Source: an uncultured Heliobacteriaceae bacterium
GTDB lineage: Bacteria; Acidobacteriota; Blastocatellia; RBC074
Reading direction: 5' to 3'
NCBI GenBank assembly: GCA_964493645.1
Contig: CAZBPH010000004.1
Span: forward strand, 1-45,372
DNA: 45,372 nt
Below, in pieces: positions 33,362 through 41,109 of the stretch. The translations under genes were made by a program, and so were the position numbers. Each line of letters opens with the position of its first letter. The first letter of the stretch is position 1. The notes under the pieces were generated by a model, which ran no database searches, was not told the origin of the DNA, and saw only the letters and a program-made list of their open reading frames with translations.

Positions 33362-34417
33362 ATGTCAATTCGTGTAATTATCGTTCTTATGGCGGCGTTG
33401 CTTGGTGTGGCTTGTAGTGGCGCTGACGATGCATATCCGATTGGTGATCCGGTGGTGATCCAAACCCCACTGGGACTGCCTGAAGTGCCTGTCCCGAAAG
33501 ACAGTCCGCTGACCGCTGAATTGATTGCACTCGGACGCAGGCTCTTCAACGAAGTCAGGCTGTCGAGCGACAATACGGTTTCGTGCGCTAGCTGCCATAA
33601 TCCCTCGCAGCATTTTGCCGATGGCCTGGCCGTTGCGAAAGGGATCGGCGGGCAGCACGGAACGCGAAATACTCCTACCGTATTGAATGCAGCATACAGT
33701 GTTGCGCAATTCTGGGATGGTCGCGCCGCAACACTCGAACAACAGGCCGGGGTTCCAATCTCCGCCCCCAATGAGATGAATCAGTCGCACGAGGCTTGCG
33801 TGACTAAACTTAGCGCCGATGAAGAATACAAAAGGGCATTTGAGAAAGTATTCGGTCCAGGGCCGATTACTTTTCTCAGAATCGAAAAGGCGATCGCAGC
33901 GTTTGAACGAACGCTGCTGAGTGGAAACTCGGCTTTTGATCTGTACCAGTACGCAGGGAGTAAGAATGCCCTGAGTGAAGCTGCCATTCGCGGACTTCAG
34001 GTCTTCACTGACAGGAACAAGGGAAACTGCGCAACGTGCCATATCATTGGTGAATCGTATGCGCTGTTCACTGACGACAAATTTCACAATCTGGGCGTCG
34101 GCATGAACCCCAGTGGCGAGTTGACGGACATGGGCCGTTTCAATCATTCAGGTGTGGAATCAGATCGTGGAAAATTTCGCACTCCGAGCCTGCGTAATGT
34201 CGCGAAAACCGCTCCTTACATGCACGACGGTAGTCTCAAAACGCTTCCGGAGGTAATCGCTTTTTACATGGGCGGAGGCAATTCAAACCCGCAACTGGAC
34301 GTCGAGATCAGGCCGCTTATGCTTTCAGCGCAGGATCGCAGTGATCTGCTGGCATTTCTGGATGCTCTGACAGGTGATATTCCTTCCGGTGAAGGATTGC
34401 AAGGGAGGAAAAGATGA
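33362..34417 (+). CDS. Di-haem cytochrome c peroxidase / MauG-family protein
   Basis: 351 aa with a lipoprotein-like signal (LLGVACSG). It has two CxxCH motifs (CASCHNP, CATCHII). WDGRAATLEQQA and TAPYMHDGSLKTLPEVIAFY are typical of the bacterial CCP/MauG family. Confidence 0.9.
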   Translation: MSIRVIIVLMAALLGVACSGADDAYPIGDPVVIQTPLGLPEVPVPKDSPLTAELIALGRRLFNEVRLSSDNTVSCASCHNPSQHFADGLAVAKGIGGQHGTRNTPTVLNAAYSVAQFWDGRAATLEQQAGVPISAPNEMNQSHEACVTKLSADEEYKRAFEKVFGPGPITFLRIEKAIAAFERTLLSGNSAFDLYQYAGSKNALSEAAIRGLQVFTDRNKGNCATCHIIGESYALFTDDKFHNLGVGMNPSGELTDMGRFNHSGVESDRGKFRTPSLRNVAKTAPYMHDGSLKTLPEVIAFYMGGGNSNPQLDVEIRPLMLSAQDRSDLLAFLDALTGDIPSGEGLQGRKR

Positions 34418-35178
34418 CCCATCGTCGGGTGGCTCTGCCGCTTTGCGTCTTTCTGATCCTGGTCTCCGCCTGTTCAGACAAAAGTAAAATTGAACCGAAT
34501 GCAGATGAACCCCCATTTTTCAAGATCGATCCGAACACAGCAGGGATGATCGCCGGCAATGTCATTTTTAAAGGGAAGAGACCCGCGCCCAAAATCGTCG
34601 ATATGGATCAGGACCCGCAATGCGCAGAGCTGCATCAACAGTCCGTCTATGATGACCCGATATCGGTTAGCAGTGATGGAAGACTGTCCAACGCATTCGT
34701 CTGGATCAAGCAGGGGCTCGAGGATAAAAAGTTCGAGCCGCCTCCCGATCCGATGGTCATTGATCAGAAGGGGTGCTGGTTCGGTCCGCGGGTGCTGGGA
34801 CTTCAGGTGGGACAGACGATCAAAGTCCTGAATTCAGATCCGGTGACTCATAATATTCACCCCCTGGCTGAGATCAATCGCGAATGGAATCAGAGCCAGT
34901 CGCCGGGCGCAGAACCGTTGATGCGCAAATTTTCGCGCCCTGAAGTGATGATCCGGATCAAATGCAATATTCATAACTGGATGCACGCCTGGATAGGGAT
35001 CGTCGATCATCCCTATTATGTCGTGACCGGCCCGGACGGCGCTTTTCAACTTAATAATGTTCCTCCAGGTAAATATACGATCGAGGTATGGCACGAAGTA
35101 TTAGGCCGTAAGGAAGAACAGATTACACTCGCACGGTCAGGTCGGAGCGATACTATTATCGAGTTCAAAGGAGAATGA
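34414..35178 (+). CDS. Lipoprotein with a cupredoxin-like (type-1 copper-like) ligand set and carboxypeptidase-regulatory-like beta-sandwich segments
   Basis: 254 aa. The ATG overlaps the upstream TGA (ATGA at 34414-34417). The lipobox is LVSAC. DPVTHNIHP plus KCNIHNWM gives His...Cys-x2-His-x2-Met, the ligand spacing of amicyanin. The C-terminus TGPDGAFQLNNVPPGKYTIEVWHE is CarboxypepD_reg-like. Confidence 0.6.
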   Translation: MTHRRVALPLCVFLILVSACSDKSKIEPNADEPPFFKIDPNTAGMIAGNVIFKGKRPAPKIVDMDQDPQCAELHQQSVYDDPISVSSDGRLSNAFVWIKQGLEDKKFEPPPDPMVIDQKGCWFGPRVLGLQVGQTIKVLNSDPVTHNIHPLAEINREWNQSQSPGAEPLMRKFSRPEVMIRIKCNIHNWMHAWIGIVDHPYYVVTGPDGAFQLNNVPPGKYTIEVWHEVLGRKEEQITLARSGRSDTIIEFKGE

Positions 35179-36269
35179 CTTTCATGAAAAAGTCCGTTTG
35201 CTTGTTGGCAGTTTGTTGCCTCGCGTTGCAGGCGGCAGCTTGCTCGCAAGAAACGAAATCCACGCAGCCGATTCAGACTTCAGCCACTCCGCTGCCGGAA
35301 TGGAGATCAGGTTACAGGATTTACGTTACAAACGAGACTTCGGGTGATTTGAGTGTCATCGACGGCGCGACGAATGAGGTTCTGGCCACTGTCCCGCTGG
35401 GCAAACGTCCGCGCGGAATTCACGCAAGTCCCGATCAGCGCACGATCTATATCGCATTGAGCGGATCGCCGCCGGCGCCGCCCGGCGTGGATGAAAGCAC
35501 TCTGCCGCCGCCGGATAAGAGCGCTGACGGCATCGGCGTTTTCGATGTCGAGCAGAATAAGCTGATTCGAGTCATCCAGGGCGGCTCTGACCCGGAAAAT
35601 TTCGATGTCAGCCTTGACGGCAGCACGCTGTTCGTTTCAAACGAGGATATTTCATCAGCCAGCTTCATTGAAGTCGCCTCCGGGAAGTTGACTGAGACGA
35701 TTCGTGTCGGCGAGGAACCGGAGGGCGTCAAGTTATCACCCGATGGAAAAGAAGTTTATGTTACCGCTGAAGCTGACAGCTCGATCGCCGTCATCGATAT
35801 CGCGGCACGTAAACTGGCAGCCAGTTTCAAGGTCGGCCGGCGTCCCCGCAACATCGTTTTTCTGCCCGATGGGAGCCGCGGTTATGTCAATGCCGAAAAC
35901 GATGGCACGATCGTGCTTTTCGACGCCATTAAAAAGCGAAAAATCCAGGACATCCAGCTTGGCAAGCCGGGTGAAATCAAGCCGATGGGCCTGGCGCTCT
36001 CGCCGGATGCCAAAAAACTTTATGTCAGTACCGGTCGCGGTCGAAAAGTCTTCGTCATCGATACCGTCACCAACCAGGCTATCGCCTCATTCGAAGTCGG
36101 ACAACGTCCGTGGGGCATCGCCGTATCGCCCGACGGAAAAACTCTCTACACCGCAAACGGGCCGTCAAACGATGTCTCGGTAATCGATATCGAAAGCCAG
36201 ACGGTAGTCAAAAAAATCAAGGTTGGCGCCAGCCCCTGGGGTGTCGAGATTATCGGCCGGGGTTACTAA
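35175..36269 (+). CDS. YVTN-family beta-propeller repeat lipoprotein
   Basis: 364 aa. The ATG overlaps the upstream TGA (ATGA at 35175-35178). The lipobox is AAACS. It has six to seven blades with the recurring motif (IYVTNETSGDLSVID, LFVSNEDISSASFIE, VYVTAEADSSIAVID, GYVNAENDGTIVLFD, LYVSTGRGRKVFVID, LYTANGPSNDVSVID). Confidence 0.8.
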   Translation: MTFMKKSVCLLAVCCLALQAAACSQETKSTQPIQTSATPLPEWRSGYRIYVTNETSGDLSVIDGATNEVLATVPLGKRPRGIHASPDQRTIYIALSGSPPAPPGVDESTLPPPDKSADGIGVFDVEQNKLIRVIQGGSDPENFDVSLDGSTLFVSNEDISSASFIEVASGKLTETIRVGEEPEGVKLSPDGKEVYVTAEADSSIAVIDIAARKLAASFKVGRRPRNIVFLPDGSRGYVNAENDGTIVLFDAIKKRKIQDIQLGKPGEIKPMGLALSPDAKKLYVSTGRGRKVFVIDTVTNQAIASFEVGQRPWGIAVSPDGKTLYTANGPSNDVSVIDIESQTVVKKIKVGASPWGVEIIGRGY

Positions 36270-36314
36270 TTCTTACTTCATCTTCTTATACCATCAAGGA
36301 GCGTCAGGTTAATT

Positions 36315-37532
36315 ATGTTGAATCTATCTCAAGTTCAGGAAGCGATTGATGCAGGTGAAGGCATATTCAGGCTCGAACCATGCTGGGTTCCTCGTTCGTT
36401 TCTGATTCCCGGCAGAAGATTGAAGCTTCATCCGGATGATCTTTACGCCTTCGGCGGACATCGAGGAGGCATCGATGAACGCTGGTTTTCATCGACAACC
36501 AAGGCCTCGAATGGCGAGTTTACAACCGAGGATGAAGGGCTCAGTTACATCAGGCTCGACAACGGAAAACACTTCCTCTTGAAGGACGCAATCGAAATCG
36601 CCGGCGACCGGATACTCGGCGCTGATGTCATGGAGCAGGTTGGTGGCTGGGGGATGCTCTGCAAATTCTTTGACAACCTGGGACCGATCCCGCATCACAT
36701 GCACCAGAGTGATGAACACGCAAAAAAGGTTGGTCAAAAGGGCAAACCCGAGGCCTACTACTTTCCGCCACAGTTCAATTCGGTCCAGAATCTCTTTCCG
36801 CACACCTACATGGGGCTTGAACCCGGAACAACTAAAGATGACGTCCATCGTTGTCTCGATAACTGGAACAAGGGCGATAACGGGATATTGAATCACTCAC
36901 GCGCTTACCGACTTGAACCCGGCACGGGCTGGCAGGTGAACGCGGGGATTCTGCACGCTCCAGGTTCGCTCGTTACCTATGAACCGCAGGTCAACAGCGA
37001 TGTTTTCGGTATGTTTCAATCCGAAGTCGAAGGGCGCGTCGTGGATTGGAGCCTTCTGACCAAGGATGTTCCGCCCGAACACCACTACGATTTCGAGTAT
37101 CTGGTCGGCATGCTGGATTGGGAGGCGAACGTAAATCCCGAATTCGCAAAGTCGAACAAGATATTCCCGAGACCAGTCCGCCCCGTCGATGAGATGGAAG
37201 CCGAAGGCTATCGCGAAAACTGGATCACATACGGCAATCGCCACTATTCAGCCAAGGAATTGACGGTATTTCCGAAACAGACCGTCACCATTCGCGACAG
37301 CGCTGCCTACGGATTGATCCTGACCGAAGGTTATGGAACTTTCGGAAAACATGCTGTTTCGACGCCTGCCATGATTCGCTTCGGACAGATGACCCAGGAT
37401 GAATTATTTGTCACTGTGGACGTAGCGAGGGAAGGCGTGCGCATAACAAATCTTAGCGAAACTGATCCGCTTGTCATGTTGAAGCATTTCGGTCCGGGCA
37501 ATCCCGATGCGGAACCACTGGTAAAGAACTGA
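36315..37532 (+). CDS. Cupin-fold, type-I phosphomannose-isomerase-like protein (putative sugar isomerase; function unassigned)
   Basis: 405-aa ORF with AAGGAG upstream. GPIPHHMHQ...GKPEAYYFP and NAGILHAPGS resemble the metal-binding His/Glu and KPE motifs of class I PMI-type cupins. The CDS call is strong and the functional call is weak. Confidence 0.45.
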   Translation: MLNLSQVQEAIDAGEGIFRLEPCWVPRSFLIPGRRLKLHPDDLYAFGGHRGGIDERWFSSTTKASNGEFTTEDEGLSYIRLDNGKHFLLKDAIEIAGDRILGADVMEQVGGWGMLCKFFDNLGPIPHHMHQSDEHAKKVGQKGKPEAYYFPPQFNSVQNLFPHTYMGLEPGTTKDDVHRCLDNWNKGDNGILNHSRAYRLEPGTGWQVNAGILHAPGSLVTYEPQVNSDVFGMFQSEVEGRVVDWSLLTKDVPPEHHYDFEYLVGMLDWEANVNPEFAKSNKIFPRPVRPVDEMEAEGYRENWITYGNRHYSAKELTVFPKQTVTIRDSAAYGLILTEGYGTFGKHAVSTPAMIRFGQMTQDELFVTVDVAREGVRITNLSETDPLVMLKHFGPGNPDAEPLVKN

Positions 37533-37543
37533 GGAGCATACTG

Positions 37544-38599
37544 ATGGCGACTGAGAACAAATACAAATTTCCCAAAGTACACAATGCAACATGGCCTGGT
37601 CTGGTCGGCAAGGGCGGGCCTGATGCTGAACCGATCATCGAGTTTGAGACCATGCTCGATATGACGGCTGCGGCGGAAGTTGACGGCATCAAATTCGACG
37701 GCGTCGATATTTTCCTTTCGCTTCCGCATACCGATATCGATTCGACAGACGATGATCTGAAACGACTTGCGGATCAGGTAGCAGAGCGAAATCTCGTTAT
37801 CGGCTCGCTCGTCGCTCCGGTCTGGGGTCCGACAGGCGGCGGCTCGGCGATGGGTTCCGAGGAAGAACGTAAAAACTTTCTCACTCAGGTCCGGAAATCC
37901 TGTTCAATCGGAAAAAAACTGAAGGAAATAGGCATTCGCCATTACGGCATTGTGCGCGTCGATTCGTCATGCAGCCCTGCCGAATGGGCTGCAGATCCGA
38001 AAGGTAATACGAAGAAGATTGCCGAAACTTTCAGTGAGGCATGCAATATAGCGGAAGGCTATGGTGAGCGGCTTGCGGCAGAGGGCGAGATCTGCTGGGG
38101 AGGCATGCACAGCTGGAAGCACTTGGCCGAACTGCTCGAGATGGTCGACAGGCCGCGGACGCTGGGTATGCAGGCGGACATGGCTCATACACTGCTTTTT
38201 ACGCTCGGATACAATGCGCCGGAAGATCGAATTTTGCCTGAAGGCTACGATTGGTCTGATCAATCCATTTTATACGATGCGCTGGGAAAAATGACGGCGC
38301 GCCTGCGTCCGTGGGTCAACGATTTTCACGTTGCCCAAAACGACGCGACCGTCAAGGGCTCCGGCTCGCACGACAAGACCGGGCGCCACTGCCTGCCTGA
38401 CGACCCGAACGGCAAGATGGACATCGTTCGCGCCGCCGGGTTTTGGATGCGCGATGAAAATGGTGAGCCGACGAGAGCATATCAGCACATCAACTGGGAC
38501 GGATGTATGTTCTCGAATGAGACCATGCTCGACCCGCAAACCTGGCGCAACATCCTGTCTACAATGATTTCCGTCCGCAACGCACACGGCTGGAATTAA
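37544..38599 (+). CDS. Xylose-isomerase-like TIM-barrel protein (sugar phosphate isomerase/epimerase family)
   Basis: 351 aa, 11 nt after the upstream stop. The pattern is AP_endonuc_2-like (DGIKFDGVDIF..., RLAAEGEICWGG..., LGMQADMAHTLL..., NDFHVAQNDA) and supplies the usual E/D/H/E metal ligand positions. Confidence 0.75.
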   Translation: MATENKYKFPKVHNATWPGLVGKGGPDAEPIIEFETMLDMTAAAEVDGIKFDGVDIFLSLPHTDIDSTDDDLKRLADQVAERNLVIGSLVAPVWGPTGGGSAMGSEEERKNFLTQVRKSCSIGKKLKEIGIRHYGIVRVDSSCSPAEWAADPKGNTKKIAETFSEACNIAEGYGERLAAEGEICWGGMHSWKHLAELLEMVDRPRTLGMQADMAHTLLFTLGYNAPEDRILPEGYDWSDQSILYDALGKMTARLRPWVNDFHVAQNDATVKGSGSHDKTGRHCLPDDPNGKMDIVRAAGFWMRDENGEPTRAYQHINWDGCMFSNETMLDPQTWRNILSTMISVRNAHGWN

Positions 38600-38608
38600 A
38601 CTTGAGTT

Positions 38609-40114
38609 ATGGCCGAATACGCCCTGCTGAAGGCCTGCAATATCACCAAATCCTACGCGGGAGTGCAGGCCCTCAAAGGCGCCTCATTTGAACTGCATGC
38701 AGGTGAAGTCCATGCGCTGATCGGTGAAAATGGCGCGGGCAAATCAACTCTGATTAAAATAATGACCGGCGCCGTTGAAGTTGATGGCGGCGATCTGTAT
38801 CTGGATGGTCAGCTTGTCGTAGCGAATTCGCCTCAACACGCCAGATTGCTCGGAATTGTGGCGATCTACCAGCAGCCTGCGCTGTTTCCCGAGCTGAGCG
38901 TCGCCGAGAACATAGCGTTCGGGATCGAGCGTAAGAGCTTGTGGAGCCGGATTGACTGGCATGGCCGGCGAGATCGCGCCATTAAATTGCTCAATCAGGT
39001 GGGCGCAAGGATCAGCCCCGAAGCCCTTGCGGGTGAACTCTCGATGCCCGAACAGCAGCTCGTTGAAATCGCCCGTTCGCTGGGCGCTGAAGCGAAGGTT
39101 CTGATCATGGATGAGCCCACCGCGTCGCTCCCGGAACAGGATACGCAAAACCTGTTTCGTGTCATCCATGAATTGCGGGACCGAGGCGTCGGGATCATCT
39201 ACATCTCGCATCGTCTGGAAGAGCTGCCTCTGATTGCTGATCGTGTCACTGTCCTGCGCGATGGTCAGACGATCGATACCCGTCTGATGAAGGACGTGGA
39301 TCGAGGAGAGTTGATCCATCTCATGGTTGGACGTGAATTGTCTGACGTATTTCCGAAACGCGAAGTTCAGATGGGCGATGTCGTGCTCGAACTCCGCAAC
39401 CTCTCCAGCAGACGTGCAGGCATCAATAATGTCAACCTGACAGTGCGGGCAGGGGAGATCATAGGCCTTGCCGGGCTGGTCGGTTCCGGCCGGACCGAAC
39501 TGGCGCGTACGATATTCGGACTGACCCCGGCTGATGAAGGCGAGATTCGGATTAACGGTCGACCCGCTGTAATTGGCAGCCCTGCGGAAGCCATTCGTCT
39601 CGGCATTGCGTACGTCCCGGAAGACCGGCGCCGGCATGGCGTCGTACTCGATCTGCCGATCAGTCATAACATCACACTGGCATCCCTCAACGGACTGGCT
39701 AAATTCGGCGCCCTTGATTTCAAGCGCGAACGCGAGATCACCATTGATTATGTAAATCGACTTGAGGTCAAAACGCCGTCAACATATACGCCGGCCTCTA
39801 CATTATCCGGTGGCAACCAGCAGAAGGTCGCGCTCAGTCGCTGGCTGGCCACTGAACCTCGTCTTTTGATCCTCGATGAACCGACACAGGGAATCGACGT
39901 CGGGGCGAAAGCCGAAATTCATAAGCTTATGTGTGATCTGGCGGCTGGCGGCATGGCGATCCTCATGATCTCTTCCGAAATGCCTGAAGTGATGGGAATG
40001 AGCGACCGGATTGCCGTGATGCACGACGGGACTGTACTTGAAGTTCTGCCTAGAAATGAAGCGACACAGCAGAAACTGCTCTCGCTTGCGCTTGGAGATA
40101 ACCTGGGAGCGTAA
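38609..40114 (+). CDS. Sugar ABC transporter ATP-binding protein (duplicated ABC domains, CUT2 type)
   Basis: 501 aa. Walker A motifs are GENGAGKST and GLVGSGRTE. Signature motifs are LSMPEQQ (degenerate) and LSGGNQQK. Walker B motifs are VLIMDEPTASL and LLILDEPTQGID. Confidence 0.92.
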   Translation: MAEYALLKACNITKSYAGVQALKGASFELHAGEVHALIGENGAGKSTLIKIMTGAVEVDGGDLYLDGQLVVANSPQHARLLGIVAIYQQPALFPELSVAENIAFGIERKSLWSRIDWHGRRDRAIKLLNQVGARISPEALAGELSMPEQQLVEIARSLGAEAKVLIMDEPTASLPEQDTQNLFRVIHELRDRGVGIIYISHRLEELPLIADRVTVLRDGQTIDTRLMKDVDRGELIHLMVGRELSDVFPKREVQMGDVVLELRNLSSRRAGINNVNLTVRAGEIIGLAGLVGSGRTELARTIFGLTPADEGEIRINGRPAVIGSPAEAIRLGIAYVPEDRRRHGVVLDLPISHNITLASLNGLAKFGALDFKREREITIDYVNRLEVKTPSTYTPASTLSGGNQQKVALSRWLATEPRLLILDEPTQGIDVGAKAEIHKLMCDLAAGGMAILMISSEMPEVMGMSDRIAVMHDGTVLEVLPRNEATQQKLLSLALGDNLGA

Positions 40115-40116
40115 GA

Positions 40117-41109
40117 GTGCCTGGTTCATCCCTTTCAAATTTTAAACTTGCCCGGCATCAGCGAGAGCTGGCGGCTCTGAGCGCGTTTGCCATCCTGCTC
40201 GTCTTGACAGGAATTGTTTCTCCATCATTCTTCGATCCTGCCAACCTGCGCGATCTTGCAGTTGTGAATGCGCCTGTGCTGATAGTGGCAGTCGGAATGA
40301 CGCTCGTCATCCTGGCCGGTCAGATCGATATCTCTGTCGGTTCCCAGTTCGCCGTCTGCAGCATGCTCGCCGGATCGCTGGCCAATACTGGCATTCCTGT
40401 ACCATTGCTTGTCCTGCTGGTCCCTGTCGCAGGCGCATTGCTTGGCGCTTTGAATGGAACATTTGTGGCGAAGCTCAGAATGCCGTCGATTGTCGTGACT
40501 CTGGCTATGATGGTGGTTCTGCGAGATGCGCTGCGGTGGATTACGGAAGGCGCATGGGTGCAGGGTATGCCATCAGGCTTTCAATGGTTCGGAGCAGGGC
40601 AGGCGATGGGACAGATGCTGATCGTTATCGTTGCTGTGGTCGTGCTCTTCGGTGTTAGATGGGCCCTCAATAATCTGGGCGCGGGCCGGACCGTTTATGC
40701 CGTGGGCTCTGATTCAGAAGCCGCACGTTTAGCCGGGGTCAATCCCCAGTTAGTCGTGTGGGTGGTTTTTATGCTCGTTGGGGCTCTGACGGGTCTGGCG
40801 GCTCTGCTCAATTCAATCCGGTTCAATTCGATCCCGAGCAATTCAGGGCTGGGCCTGGAATTGAAAGCGATCGCTGCCGTGGTTGTTGGTGGCACGGCAA
40901 TAACCGGCGGTCGCGGCAGTCTGATCGGCACACTGATCGGCACGGCATTGCTCGGAACAGTCGGCACGGCGCTGACATACCTCGGCGTTAATCCATTCTG
41001 GGAGAAAGCCATTCAAGGTGGAATCATTCTGCTGGCTCTGCTGTCCGATATTCTCTTCAGCAGAATGACGGGAGCGTCGATCGGACTGCAAAGAGAGGTG
41101 GCAAGGTGA
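40117..41109 (+). CDS. Sugar ABC transporter permease (BPD_transp_2 family)
   Basis: 330 aa, polytopic, with a GTG start 2 nt after the upstream TAA. It has the GQIDISVGS motif and the conserved GGTAITGGRGSLIGT loop. Its stop overlaps the next start (GTGA at 41106-41109). Confidence 0.9.
   Translation: MPGSSLSNFKLARHQRELAALSAFAILLVLTGIVSPSFFDPANLRDLAVVNAPVLIVAVGMTLVILAGQIDISVGSQFAVCSMLAGSLANTGIPVPLLVLLVPVAGALLGALNGTFVAKLRMPSIVVTLAMMVVLRDALRWITEGAWVQGMPSGFQWFGAGQAMGQMLIVIVAVVVLFGVRWALNNLGAGRTVYAVGSDSEAARLAGVNPQLVVWVVFMLVGALTGLAALLNSIRFNSIPSNSGLGLELKAIAAVVVGGTAITGGRGSLIGTLIGTALLGTVGTALTYLGVNPFWEKAIQGGIILLALLSDILFSRMTGASIGLQREVAR

Noticed and set aside
38744-39667. A 307-aa minus-strand ORF inside the ABC ATPase gene. 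The same reasoning applies to 8571-9467 inside GH3 and 33365-34147 inside the peroxidase gene.
   Set aside because: All are antisense to genes with unambiguous Walker, GH3 or CxxCH motifs and show no motifs of their own, so I treat them as shadow ORFs.
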